From: Candidatus Bathyarchaeia archaeon
Lineage (GTDB): Archaea > Thermoproteota > Bathyarchaeia > Bathyarchaeales > Bathycorpusculaceae
NCBI GenBank assembly: GCA_050015395.1
Contig: JBEKBM010000018.1
Location: 1 to 64,000, forward strand
Direction: 5' to 3'
DNA: 64,000 bases
The notes beneath the pieces were generated by a model, which ran no database searches, was not told the DNA's origin, and worked only from the letters and a program-made list of their open reading frames with translations. A program made the position numbers and the translations under genes. Each line of letters opens with the position of its first letter. The first letter of the stretch is position 1. Shown one piece after another: positions 8,327 to 18,443 of this stretch.

Positions 8327-9073
8327 CTAGGAACGTGCGATTGCTTTTAAAGTATATGTTATGTAGCTTTTGATTTCAGTCCAAGAGAGTTTGGATTTTC
8401 CTCGTTTTCGGTTAACAAATAAAATGGGGGTTTCTTTTACGTTAAAATTCCTTAAAACGGCTTGTCTTATGGTTTCTATTTGAATCTCATAAGTATGACT
8501 GCGCAAGTTGCCAACAGTTGCTCTTAGAAACTTTGTGGAGTAGCAGCGAAAGCCGCTGGTGCAGTCGTGAGGTTTTAAGCCAAGGGATAACTTGGCTATA
8601 AAGTTAGCAATTCGGCTAATTACTTTTCTGGTGAAAGGCCAACCGTTTATGTTGCCTCCTTTGCAGTATCTGCTGCCGATTACTATTCCGTAATCAGCCT
8701 TATACATGCTTGATATGAGTTGTGGGATAGCTTTAGGGTTGTGGGAGTAGTCAGCATCCATTGTAACAATATATTTTGGTGCTTGTTTTGAGGACAAAAA
8801 AAATTTGAACCCATCGGTTATAGCTGTACCTAATCCGCTTTTTTTAGGTCTAACATACAGAAGAATATTACTGTATTTGTTCTGTTTTTCTTGCACGATT
8901 TTTGCGGTTTCATCTGGGCTTGAATCATCGATGACAAGTATTGAAGCATTTAATTTTAAATCTTCAATGTCTTCAATTAATTTAGAAATGTTATCTGCTT
9001 CTCGATAAGTGGGTAGAATTATCCCAATTTCGGAGTTGGCCACATTATTATTGCCAATTAATTGATAACTCAT
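8327..9073 (-). CDS. Polyprenol monophosphomannose synthase-like GT2 glycosyltransferase
   Basis: ILPTYRE, VIDDSSPD, GLGTA, MDADYSH, GSRY, DCTSGFR, RKRGKSKL. Confidence 0.92.
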   Translation of the reverse strand: MSYQLIGNNNVANSEIGIILPTYREADNISKLIEDIEDLKLNASILVIDDSSPDETAKIVQEKQNKYSNILLYVRPKKSGLGTAITDGFKFFLSSKQAPKYIVTMDADYSHNPKAIPQLISSMYKADYGIVIGSRYCKGGNINGWPFTRKVISRIANFIAKLSLGLKPHDCTSGFRCYSTKFLRATVGNLRSHTYEIQIETIRQAVLRNFNVKETPILFVNRKRGKSKLSWTEIKSYITYTLKAIARS

Positions 9074-9132
9074 AAGGACTCTAAACCTATTTTACTGTAG
9101 TGACCTAATAAATCTTAGCTAATAAAACCGTT

Positions 9133-10179
9133 TTAAGCAAGCTTTTGTTTCCGCTTATAATAGGCAAGCGGATGATAAATTCGGCGGCACAAATCATCGC
9201 TGTTTTTGCATACACCATGCGTTTGCAAGATGGAACATTGAGGAGGAGTATAGCGTGTTCCAGAACCTCTTTCGCCTGCAATATGCTCAATTTGATAGAG
9301 AGTTAACCTTTCATTGTAATCTGAGAAGCTTTTGAACAGTTCATTCACTTTCTCCGATGACATTCCAATGTTAACAAGAAAAGAAGTCAAGGTAAACCGT
9401 CCAATATGCGAAAGATGATGACTTGATGAAGCTTCTTCATAAAGCGCGTTTATGCAAGGTGGAAATGCGGTTTGAACAACAATTTTTGGAAGATCGTCGA
9501 TTTCCATCGGCCCAATCACCTCAGAAGCTAATTTTTTCACTCTTTCCGCCACCACAATCAATTCAGGCGGATATTTTGGAAGCTTTACATCCAACCTTTT
9601 TTCTATTCGTCTGCGAACTTCTTCCTCCAGTAATCTTACCACATCTTTTTTGTTTAAGAAAATATTGCCGTGTGATAGAATGCTGTTTGTGAGTTTCCAT
9701 TTTTTGTCATGCAAATGGGCTGCGTTTCTTAAGTAATCCGTGAACTTTATGGTAAATTCTAAAGGTGAGCTTCCGTCTTCCTTAGGAGAAAGTTTTATTT
9801 TCCAATCAAAATCTCTGGCAATTTTTAGGATTCTCTCTTTCGGTTCTTTAGCTAGATCACTGGATGCTTGTTTTGCCTCTGCCAACGCGTATCTTTTTTT
9901 AATAAAAGAGTTTTCAGTAGCTATTACAATTAAGAGCGCGACTGGAAAGGATAGGATTTCAAGATCGATTTTTTTTAAGTTTCTATTGACACTTCTGTTT
10001 ATTATCGCTTCATTAACCCGTTCTTCGGCTCGTTTCAGAAGCTGGCCCATGCCCATGCTTGTTAAATCGTCTATTTGCAGGTCTAAGGGTTTGATGTACT
10101 CGGCGGTTTCCTTTAAAAAGGGATATTTTGCTAAATCGTTCTTTGTGAATCCCGCCGATTCCATTTGCAATGTAGTCAC
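9133..10179 (-). CDS. priL: DNA primase large subunit
   Basis: AKYPFL, FPPC, HIGRF, YQIEHIAG, YTPPQC...GVC...C Fe-S ligands, HPLAYY. Confidence 0.96.
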   Translation of the reverse strand: MTTLQMESAGFTKNDLAKYPFLKETAEYIKPLDLQIDDLTSMGMGQLLKRAEERVNEAIINRSVNRNLKKIDLEILSFPVALLIVIATENSFIKKRYALAEAKQASSDLAKEPKERILKIARDFDWKIKLSPKEDGSSPLEFTIKFTDYLRNAAHLHDKKWKLTNSILSHGNIFLNKKDVVRLLEEEVRRRIEKRLDVKLPKYPPELIVVAERVKKLASEVIGPMEIDDLPKIVVQTAFPPCINALYEEASSSHHLSHIGRFTLTSFLVNIGMSSEKVNELFKSFSDYNERLTLYQIEHIAGERGSGTRYTPPQCSILQTHGVCKNSDDLCRRIYHPLAYYKRKQKLA

Positions 10180-10180
10180 G

Positions 10181-10939
10181 TTATTCTGTTTCGATTCTTG
10201 GTGCCAAGAAGAAGGTCAACTTTCCCTCTTTTGTTTGTTGTTGGAAGTCTATTTTCACAGGCATGTCGGTTGAGAATTCAAGCGTCGCAATGTCTGATGT
10301 GGCTGATGCCGCTTTTATAATTTCAGACAGGTAGCTTAAGCTGAATGTTGCTTTGGCGTTTTCTTTTACTTCCAAATCAAGCAACGCATCGCTGCCTTTC
10401 TGGAGAGTTATGGTTGCACCCATTAAGTCGCCTGAAGCACTTAGAGTTAGTTTTTCTGGTTCAGCTTCAATTCGCACATGGTCGCTTACGAGTTGGGCAT
10501 CTTCGATTGCTTGGCTTAAGCCTTGAGTTGTGGTTTTAGCTTTTACGTTGAAGGTTATTTTTGGAGTGGGCACTTCTTCTTCTGAGGCTTCAAGCGTTGG
10601 CATTGTAAAGTCACGGCTATACTTTCCAGTTATTGTTACTTGTAATCGCCCAGTTTTGTCATCGAGAAATAACTCGACTGCCTCGTCCCTTTGTGCGCGT
10701 TTGAGTAGTTTTAGTAGTTCGCTGATGTTAATGCATATTTTCGCTGGCTCTGTGGACAAGTATTCTTGAAAGATAGATTTTGGCCATTCAAAATCAATCA
10801 TGGCAACCCGTGACGGGTCCATGGCGCGTAGTTTTAAGCCTTCGGGGTCAATTTTGAATGTTGCTTCGTCTACTAGGATTGAGATGGCGGTAGCCATATC
10901 TCTTAAGAGTTTAGCGTCAGACACTTTAAGCTTAAACAT
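10181..10939 (-). CDS. pcn: PCNA sliding clamp
   Basis: LRAMDPSRVAM, FSLSYL, C-terminal FFLAPRIE. Confidence 0.98.
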   Translation of the reverse strand: MFKLKVSDAKLLRDMATAISILVDEATFKIDPEGLKLRAMDPSRVAMIDFEWPKSIFQEYLSTEPAKICINISELLKLLKRAQRDEAVELFLDDKTGRLQVTITGKYSRDFTMPTLEASEEEVPTPKITFNVKAKTTTQGLSQAIEDAQLVSDHVRIEAEPEKLTLSASGDLMGATITLQKGSDALLDLEVKENAKATFSLSYLSEIIKAASATSDIATLEFSTDMPVKIDFQQQTKEGKLTFFLAPRIETE

Positions 10940-11167
10940 GTTATTCTTCTTCCTCGCTAATGCATATTACTGTAAAGTTATATAGCTTATGATTACACTT
11001 TGAGCTAATAAATAAATTGTTCTAGCCAAACCAAAAAACATGCACTTAAAAATAAATCATATGAGAATTGGATAAATTTACAGTCAAGCGTCGCTTCAAA
11101 ATAGATGAGTTATTGCTTAACTAAACAAGAGAGTTCGAACAAAGAATCACAAGTAGAAAACAGAGTC

Positions 11168-11524
11168 TTAGCTGTATTCTCTGAACGTGTAATTGCATTT
11201 GGTGCAGCGGAGAAACTGGGTTGAAGATTCATCTGCTCCACGTGTTTGCACTTGCCAAACATAAGCCGTGTTGTTCCCGCATCTTGGGCACTCAATCCGC
11301 ACAGTTGGCAATGTATTCAATTTCTGCTCTTCTTTACCAATAACGGCTACAAACTGCTGAGGATTATGCTGAATAACTTTCGGCGCCACTTTGGGTTCAA
11401 CTTTTTCGCCAGCTTCAGGCTTCTTATACCCACATTTTGGGCACGTAAGAATTAAAGAAGCATCTTTACCATTCTTGGATTTCTTTGGTTCAAGACGCGA
11501 ACCACATTTAGGGCAAAATTCCAT
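11168..11524 (-). CDS. tfs: Transcription factor S
   Basis: Two Zn ribbons and the QTRGADE acidic hairpin. Confidence 0.96.
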   Translation of the reverse strand: MEFCPKCGSRLEPKKSKNGKDASLILTCPKCGYKKPEAGEKVEPKVAPKVIQHNPQQFVAVIGKEEQKLNTLPTVRIECPRCGNNTAYVWQVQTRGADESSTQFLRCTKCNYTFREYS

Positions 11525-11597
11525 ATTCCGTTATCCACTATCCGTTTTTGATTCCCTTAGCATTGTGACTTTTAAACCTTTTCCAACTCGGGCCAAA

Positions 11598-12176
11598 TCA
11601 AGGACTGATTCCAGAGGCAATAAGATGTGCAACACGCAAAGGCTCGGGAAAACTGCTTCTTATCGAAGTCAATTCAACAATCTCTCGGGCATCAACCAAC
11701 GAAATTCCAGCTAGCTCCATGTAAATCTTCTTACCGTGGCAACAGACTTCATGGATCTCTCCTGCCTCGAGAATCATTTTCCAACGCTCTTCACTTTTAG
11801 GCAAATTATTAAGCGCCTTGCGAATGGCTTCTAAATCAGGTTTATCACGCGTTAAGGCAATAACTGGAAGCTTTGTTGCCAAATTTAGCCTTTTGATATC
11901 CACCACGTTAAAGCCAGCAAACGTTATTCCGTTTAACATTACTAAACGCAACTGTTTACAATGAGGCGAACTGTTAATCATGGAGGCTATCCGTTCAGTA
12001 GCATCAAAGCCATCAATTGCAATTCGAGTATGCATCACTCCGTCAAGCCAGCAGCCTCCCCTGAAAACAACACCAACAACAATCACAACACCCTCGGTAT
12101 GCGGAACAAATTTTCCGTCGTCCACACCAAGCATGCGGATTTCAGATTTTATCACTCGAAAGCCTTTAACTTCCAA
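11598..12176 (-). CDS. DUF99 family protein (endonuclease V-like fold)
   Basis: GVDDG, DGFDAT, GITFAGFNVVD, PEPLRVAHLIA. Confidence 0.9.
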   Translation of the reverse strand: MEVKGFRVIKSEIRMLGVDDGKFVPHTEGVVIVVGVVFRGGCWLDGVMHTRIAIDGFDATERIASMINSSPHCKQLRLVMLNGITFAGFNVVDIKRLNLATKLPVIALTRDKPDLEAIRKALNNLPKSEERWKMILEAGEIHEVCCHGKKIYMELAGISLVDAREIVELTSIRSSFPEPLRVAHLIASGISP

Positions 12177-12276
12177 AACCTTTCCCCTGAAAGCTATAAG
12201 GCATATTTTAGCTTTTAAATGAAACCTCAGTAAACTGCTTCTTGACTTTAATGAACGAATATTAAAAACTAAGGTT

Positions 12277-12505
12277 GTGTATATTTAGCTCTTGTTTTTT
12301 CTTCTTTAGCGCTTTTTTTCCACATCAAAAAACAGACTTTTCTATGTTGAAAAGCACCGTTCTGCATGCAAAGTGCGCGGTCTTCGTTCTATGCACATCT
12401 ATGTTGAATCATATTTGAAGCATATTAGAAGCATCTAGTAGACCGGGTAGGTAGGCTGAGCACACACAAATACCCTAAAACAAAAAACGAGAGCTAAATA
12501 CATAC
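12277..12505. mobile_element. Possible MITE-like element with 24-bp imperfect terminal inverted repeats
   Basis: 12277-12300 (gtgtatatttagctcttgtttttt) is the reverse complement of 12482-12505 (aaaaaacgagagctaaatacatac) at 21/24. The interior is non-coding. Confidence 0.45.
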
Positions 12506-12533
12506 CTAAGCTAAAAGTTAAAACAAAAGAGAA

Positions 12534-12815
12534 CTAAACTTTTAGAACATGATCTAACTCTTTGCTAAAAGCGTCATTTGATTCTCGAATTTTCTCAACA
12601 GCCTTAATCAACGCGTCTTCAGGCTTAGCGTTCCCTTTCATTCTAACGTAAATAATGGGGTTTGATACCAAAGGATGCGGAACATCGTACCCTGCAAAAT
12701 CCACCGTTTTATCCTCTAAAAGCCTCTTTTGTAACAAGTTACATAAGCCGTGAGTGCCGCCTTCAATTTCTATTTTAAGCTCATTCCCTGATTTTTTTAG
12801 CACATTAATTTTCAC
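12534..12815 (-). CDS. rpoL: RNA polymerase subunit L (Rpo11)
   Basis: EGGTHGLCNLL and FAGYDVPHPL. Confidence 0.95.
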   Translation of the reverse strand: MKINVLKKSGNELKIEIEGGTHGLCNLLQKRLLEDKTVDFAGYDVPHPLVSNPIIYVRMKGNAKPEDALIKAVEKIRESNDAFSKELDHVLKV

Positions 12816-12836
12816 TTGACAGTTCCCCTTTTTTTG

Positions 12837-13418
12837 CTATATCGGTTCTTTTCCATAATCGGGTGCGATTTTACGATTTTCTGTATTGCCGCATTTTGGA
12901 CAATGCAGTTCATACCGTTGAGGTTCCAGCAAATTGCCGCATCGAGAACAGAAAGCATACACTATGCCTAAGTTCTTGTCGTTGGTTGATAGATGGAAGA
13001 TGCGGTTTTTTCCACTGATCACTTTAGCTCTGACAATGTCGCCGGGCTTGCATACGTCATTCATTGAATCGATATACCTGTCTGAAACATCGGAAATGTG
13101 CAAGATGCCGCTAAATTCGCCTGAGAGCCTTTTGTTTTCTATTTTAAAGATTTTTACCAAAACATTATCAGACTGGGCATTACCAATTTGCCCCACAACC
13201 GTGTTTGAAACTTTCGGGATTAGTTCACCGTTGACTAGTGGGTAAACAGAAACACGTTTGTTTAGCAAGTCGAGCAATGCACGACCAACAACTTTGGAGT
13301 AGATAACGCCGTCTTTAACGTATGTTCCGGAGTCTGGAATAAACTCTTCAATAACACCTAAGCGTTCTCCAGGCACCACTAAATGACCGCTTTTTTGTTC
13401 AGGTGATTTTAGACTCAT
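12837..13418 (-). CDS. csl4: Exosome complex RNA-binding protein Csl4
   Basis: VVPGERLG, S1 domain, PGDIVRAKV, C-terminal Zn ribbon with ExRK. Confidence 0.95.
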   Translation of the reverse strand: MSLKSPEQKSGHLVVPGERLGVIEEFIPDSGTYVKDGVIYSKVVGRALLDLLNKRVSVYPLVNGELIPKVSNTVVGQIGNAQSDNVLVKIFKIENKRLSGEFSGILHISDVSDRYIDSMNDVCKPGDIVRAKVISGKNRIFHLSTNDKNLGIVYAFCSRCGNLLEPQRYELHCPKCGNTENRKIAPDYGKEPI

Positions 13419-13551
13419 GATAGTTTCCCTTTTATATTAAATAAGCTAACAGTCGCTAATTGATAAATGCATATGCTTAGTTTCCAGTCGCATCAATAAA
13501 CCTTTTGATTAATAAACAAAATTAATTCCAGACCCAAAGGGTCTAAAAATT

Positions 13552-14256
13552 TTATTCAACCCTTACCTTTTCGATAACATATATGTCAACGACAAAGTCA
13601 TGCTTAATTTTTGTGTGAAAATCAAACATTCGGGGAATAGTCATGAGCATAGCATAAACTGCTTTAACAACGCCATTATGTTGCGCCACTAACCTTTCTA
13701 AAAAGGGAGAAGGCGAAACCTGCAAAAACCCATTGCGTGCTTTAAGCTGCTTGATTAATTGCTTATCGGTTTCTGGATGGTTATGAAGAGAGTAAACGCA
13801 ATTCCCAACGTCCAACGCCTTTACTAAAAACGCTCTGTCAGCCTCCCGTGTTTGCACCCCAAAAGGCGGATTCTGCAAAACAGTATCAAACCTGCCCATG
13901 ATAGCACTTATGTCGCCAATAACCCACTGAACGTTACCAGCTAAACCCACTTTCAAAGAGTTTTCAACGGCAGTTTTAATGGCTAACCTATCAACATCAA
14001 CTCCCACAACGTTGTCAGCGCCAAGGTAAGAGGCGCCTAAAGCGAGCCTACCTGTTCCGCAGCCTAAATCCAGCACTGTTTTGCCAATAATGTCGTTGTT
14101 CGCATAGGTAGCGATGTACAGCATGGTTGATGCAATCGATTCTAAAATAGTGTACTGTTCAAGTTGCGCTTGAGGAGAAGGCTGAAGAGCAATTTTTGAG
14201 AGAAACAGCTCTAAATCTAATTTTCGAATAATCCTTTTTTGAGCATGTTCTCCCAT
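13552..14256 (-). CDS. METTL5-family RNA N6-adenine methyltransferase
   Basis: LEQY, DLGCGTG, NPPFG, AD..FL, YSLH, FHTK. Confidence 0.9.
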   Translation of the reverse strand: MGEHAQKRIIRKLDLELFLSKIALQPSPQAQLEQYTILESIASTMLYIATYANNDIIGKTVLDLGCGTGRLALGASYLGADNVVGVDVDRLAIKTAVENSLKVGLAGNVQWVIGDISAIMGRFDTVLQNPPFGVQTREADRAFLVKALDVGNCVYSLHNHPETDKQLIKQLKARNGFLQVSPSPFLERLVAQHNGVVKAVYAMLMTIPRMFDFHTKIKHDFVVDIYVIEKVRVE

Positions 14257-15218
14257 AAAGATTCGCCAGAAGCCACCATGAACTCGTTAATAGTTAGCAC
14301 AGGCTTTGAAAACTTTCCTGAAGCATCAAGAGAAATGCGAGGGCATGCCGTGTTGACATATGCATCTATAGACGGAAACTCGAGGAGTGTTTCAGGAGTA
14401 ATTTCCCTAACAGCTAACAGATAAGCTGCTTTCCCATGTTTCTCTGCTAACGCCTTGACGCTTAGGGCTTGGTCTAACCGTTTTTGTCCCGGTTTCAAAC
14501 CAACAAGAACCCCGAAAGCTTTAGCGCCTTGCGCTTCTTCAATGCATGCCCAACGTTTCTTGAGGATTTTTTGGGCTTCATCATTAATTGCGAAAGCCCT
14601 GTTATCGTATGGGTCAGCTATGAAGGTTGGTTTAGAAGTGCTTAAAGCGATGCCTAAAGCGTGGAACATTCCGCCGCCAACGAAAAGGAAAGCTTCTACC
14701 TCGTCGGCGATTGATTTCACGTTGCTGTAATTGCAGCCGTTGACTTGCCCAGGATAACTCATTTGCCCACTGTCGCCAATTATTACTGTTTTCCCAGCCC
14801 TGATTAAAATTTCTCTCGCCTGATTTAGCGCTTGCAAATGCTGCACTGAAGTGGCTAAACCAATCTTACCGTACTTGCTCAAGAGCGGTAAAGATTTTTT
14901 GACAGCCTTCTCAACTGTTACTGTTGCTCTTGCTTCAACATAGATTGTTGGAATCTGCTCATGCTTTACAAGTTTTGAGTGCCCAAAATGCACTATCAAA
15001 TCTACGCCTAAACTTTCTGCTTCATTAACTGCTATGTCGCAGGCGCCGTAGCAGGGGTCAGCGGAAATTATTGGAAGCGCACCGTTCTTTTCGATAATTT
15101 TAGCTAAGCGTGGACCTTCAGGTTTTAATCCTTCTGGCAGTTGCAGTAGAACACGTTTGGCGCCAAGTTTGGTTATCTCTTGCTTTATTCTTTCTTCTTC
15201 AAAATCAAACCCTTTCAT
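14217..15218 (-). CDS. dph2: Diphthamide biosynthesis enzyme Dph2
   Basis: QLPEGLK, CYGACD, HFGHS, GQVxGC, ACPRI. Confidence 0.96.
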   Translation of the reverse strand: MKGFDFEEERIKQEITKLGAKRVLLQLPEGLKPEGPRLAKIIEKNGALPIISADPCYGACDIAVNEAESLGVDLIVHFGHSKLVKHEQIPTIYVEARATVTVEKAVKKSLPLLSKYGKIGLATSVQHLQALNQAREILIRAGKTVIIGDSGQMSYPGQVNGCNYSNVKSIADEVEAFLFVGGGMFHALGIALSTSKPTFIADPYDNRAFAINDEAQKILKKRWACIEEAQGAKAFGVLVGLKPGQKRLDQALSVKALAEKHGKAAYLLAVREITPETLLEFPSIDAYVNTACPRISLDASGKFSKPVLTINEFMVASGESLWENMLKKGLFEN

Positions 15219-15304
15219 ACTTTAATCCGACCACTGACGGGTAAAAAAGAAACTAAAGAGAAAAGAAAGCAAAGGGCAACACTGTTGCATAAGGACTCTT
15301 TATG

Positions 15305-17740
15305 CTAGCGTGGCCATTCCCAGTCTTGAGTTGGCTTTTTAAGAGGTTGCCCGCGAGCTAAAGCAGCTTGTTCAGCGAGCCGTTCAAGAATTATCTTTTG
15401 TTCTATGCTGGCAACATTCTTTCTTGTAGCAGTTACAGCGTCGTTGTTTACGGATATGCTATCAATTCCTGCGCGAACGAGGAATTCGGCGAAGTCTGGA
15501 AGGTTTGATGGTCCTTCACCGCAGATTGAGACAGTGACTCCGTTTTCATGAGCGATTTTGATGAGATGTGCAATTATTCTTTTTACTGCCGGGTCTCTTT
15601 CATCGAAGTAGCCCATTTGACCTAAGCGTTCAGAATCGCGGTCAATCATTAGTACGCCTTGAGTCATGTCGTTTGAGCCGATTGAGAAGCCGTCGACGAT
15701 TTTAGAAAATTCGTCAGCCATTATTGCTATGGATGGCGTTTCAGCCATAAACCAAATTTTAAAGTCGCGAGAGCGCTCTAGACCTTCCTCCTTCATAATT
15801 TCGAGAGCTTTCTTGGCTTCCCAAAGAGTGCGAACCATTGGAATCATGACATAGATATTTTTGAGACCCCATTCTATACGGCATTTTTGGATGGCTTGGC
15901 ATTCAAGTCGGAAGGCTTGGATATACCATTTGCTTATGTAGCGGCTGCAGCCTCTCCAACCGAGCATTGGGTTTTCTTCGACTATTTCGTATTTTTCTCC
16001 ACCTTTCAAGCCTCGGTATTCGTTGGTTTTGAAGTCGCTTAAGCGTACTACAACTATTCGGGGCTGGATTGCTCGAGCAACGGTTGCAATGCCTTCGGCA
16101 AGTTTGCCTACAAATTTTTGGCTTTCACCTGTTTCGACATACATCATTGGGTGCTGACCTATGGCGCTGGCTAGTATGAATTCGATGCGCATTAATCCGA
16201 TGCCTTCGAAGGGCAGGTTTTTGTAATCTTCAATTTTTTCTGGAACACCCAAATTCATATAGATTTTTGTGGCTGTTACTGGAGCGGCTTCCGCTGCTTG
16301 CATAACCATAGCTGGTCCATTTGATGTTACTGCTGGTTGAACTGCTTGGGCCATTATGCCTTCGTAAACTATGCCGTTTCTTGAATCCACAGTGTATTCT
16401 TGGCCTGTTTTCATTACTTGAGTAGCTGTTTCTGTACCTACCACACATGGGATGCTAAGTTCGCGGCTTACAATTGCTGCGTGCGATGTGACTCCACCTT
16501 TGTCGGTGACTATGGCACTTGCGATTTTCATGAATGGCACAAAGTCAGGGTCAGTCATGCCTGTTACGAGAATATCTCCTTTGTGCATTACTCTGTTTGC
16601 GTCGTCAGGATTTAGCACAACTTTTGCTATGCCTGCGCCGTAACCTTTTCTTCCAGCCGAAATACCTCTCACTACTACTTTTAATGTTTCTTCAGCTTTA
16701 TTTTCTTCAGTTTTTATGGGTGTTTCCATTGTTTTTGAGCTCCAAACTGTTTCTGGGCGAGCTTGAACTATGAACATGTTTTCTGGGAAAGATAGGTCTT
16801 GGTCAATTGCCCATTCAATATCCATGGGTTTGCCGTAATGCTTTTCAATTCGCTTGGCAAATTCTGCAAGCGTAAAGATTTCCTGATCGCTTATGCAGGT
16901 TACTTTCTGCTTATCCTCGGGCACGTCCAAGTGCACTGTTTTGCCTGTTTTGGGGTCACGAAGATACATTATTGTTTTACGCGAAATTCTTCTTTCCGTA
17001 ATCTTGACTGTGTTCTTGTCCACGACAAAATCGTCAGGGTTAACAGCGCCTGAAACGACAGTTTCTCCTAAGCCGTAGTTGCCTTCGATTACAATTTCAT
17101 CCTGGTTACCAGTTACAGGGTTAATGGTAAACATGACTCCAGCACATCCGGAGTTCACCATTTTTTGGACCCCGACGCTTATGAAGACTTTTTCATGCGC
17201 AAAGCCTTTTTCATTTCGGTAAAAGATTGCACGTGGCGTAAATAAGCTTGACCAGCATTTTCTTACTTTATCGATAAGGTCATCCGCGCCTTTAACGTTT
17301 AAGAAAGTTTCTTGTTGACCTGCAAAGGACGCGTCAGGTAAGTCTTCGGCTGTAGCGCTTGACCGCACAGCAACGAAAACGTCCTTTAACTCAAGCCGTT
17401 GGTTTAGTTCTTTGTAAGCTATTCTTATGGCGTTTTCAATTTCTTTAGGCATCGGAGTTTTTTCGATAAGTTCACGTATTTTCTTTGACGCCGTATCGTA
17501 CTGTTTGGGGTCGTTTGGGTTTGTGACTGTTTCCGTAATTATTTTATAGATTTGCTCGGCTATTCGTTTTTCTTGAATATATTTCTCATAAGAATAAGCA
17601 GTTACCGCAAAGCCTGGTGGAACAGGTAATCCGGCATTAATCATTTCGCCGAGGCTGGAGTTTTTGCCGCCAACAACAGGAATATCTTCTTTTCTTACAT
17701 CATCAAACCATAAAACCAATTCTTTCTCTTTAACGCTCAA
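15305..17740 (-). CDS. ppsA: Phosphoenolpyruvate synthase
   Basis: VGGK, VRSSATAEDLPDASFAGQQ, GGVTSHAAIVSRE, ENPMLGWRG, SIGSNDMTQ. Confidence 0.97.
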   Translation of the reverse strand: MSVKEKELVLWFDDVRKEDIPVVGGKNSSLGEMINAGLPVPPGFAVTAYSYEKYIQEKRIAEQIYKIITETVTNPNDPKQYDTASKKIRELIEKTPMPKEIENAIRIAYKELNQRLELKDVFVAVRSSATAEDLPDASFAGQQETFLNVKGADDLIDKVRKCWSSLFTPRAIFYRNEKGFAHEKVFISVGVQKMVNSGCAGVMFTINPVTGNQDEIVIEGNYGLGETVVSGAVNPDDFVVDKNTVKITERRISRKTIMYLRDPKTGKTVHLDVPEDKQKVTCISDQEIFTLAEFAKRIEKHYGKPMDIEWAIDQDLSFPENMFIVQARPETVWSSKTMETPIKTEENKAEETLKVVVRGISAGRKGYGAGIAKVVLNPDDANRVMHKGDILVTGMTDPDFVPFMKIASAIVTDKGGVTSHAAIVSRELSIPCVVGTETATQVMKTGQEYTVDSRNGIVYEGIMAQAVQPAVTSNGPAMVMQAAEAAPVTATKIYMNLGVPEKIEDYKNLPFEGIGLMRIEFILASAIGQHPMMYVETGESQKFVGKLAEGIATVARAIQPRIVVVRLSDFKTNEYRGLKGGEKYEIVEENPMLGWRGCSRYISKWYIQAFRLECQAIQKCRIEWGLKNIYVMIPMVRTLWEAKKALEIMKEEGLERSRDFKIWFMAETPSIAIMADEFSKIVDGFSIGSNDMTQGVLMIDRDSERLGQMGYFDERDPAVKRIIAHLIKIAHENGVTVSICGEGPSNLPDFAEFLVRAGIDSISVNNDAVTATRKNVASIEQKIILERLAEQAALARGQPLKKPTQDWEWPR

Positions 17741-18278
17741 GTGTCTCCGTCTCCGGTTCGGCCTTCTCTGTTTCGTTTGGAGAAGCTTGAATCTTGGAGA
17801 TAACTATTTTGCAGGGTATTGGAAGTTTTGCGCTTCCTCTTTTGAGGGATTCTTTGGCTGTTTCAGCAGCTGATGCTTTAACTTTGACCGTTATGATGGT
17901 TTGTCCTACCTCTACTTTTGCTGCAGTGCCGATCGCTGTTCCGAAGGAACGTCTCATTCCCTGTTGAAGCCGGTCAGCGTGAGCGCCAAAGATCATTTTG
18001 TTTTCTCTCAGAATAATATGAGGGTATGGATGAACAACCATAAGATAATCATTTATGAGTTTATCAATTAAGACACGGTTTGTAGCCACACGCGCTGCTT
18101 CTAAGGCACTATGGCGTATTTGAGCCCGTTCTAAAGCTATTAATTTAGCTTCGCAATCAAAAGTGCCCTTCGGATCACCCATAGTGAACTTTACTATTTT
18201 GGGTGGCGGAAAACCTCTAGCGTATTCTTTTCTTGTGTAGGCTCGATTTTTCACGTGCCTGTAATTTTTTGCGTGCAT
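17730..18278 (-). CDS. rpl10e: 50S ribosomal protein L10e (uL16)
   Basis: YTRKEY, LEAARVA, LRENKM..GA.ADRLQQGMR. Confidence 0.97.
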   Translation of the reverse strand: MHAKNYRHVKNRAYTRKEYARGFPPPKIVKFTMGDPKGTFDCEAKLIALERAQIRHSALEAARVATNRVLIDKLINDYLMVVHPYPHIILRENKMIFGAHADRLQQGMRRSFGTAIGTAAKVEVGQTIITVKVKASAAETAKESLKRGSAKLPIPCKIVISKIQASPNETEKAEPETETLER

Positions 18279-18443
18279 GCAACGTCCCTTTTTAGCATAC
18301 TCATTCAGCGGTATTTAAACGATTTGTAACTTCACGGTGAAGCTTCGTGTGAATTTTTTAATTTCTAATCGTCTACTTTAAACATTTGTTCAGTTAAACG
18401 GCGGCGTTATTTCTTATATACTTAGTTAACTTTTCTTTTCCAG

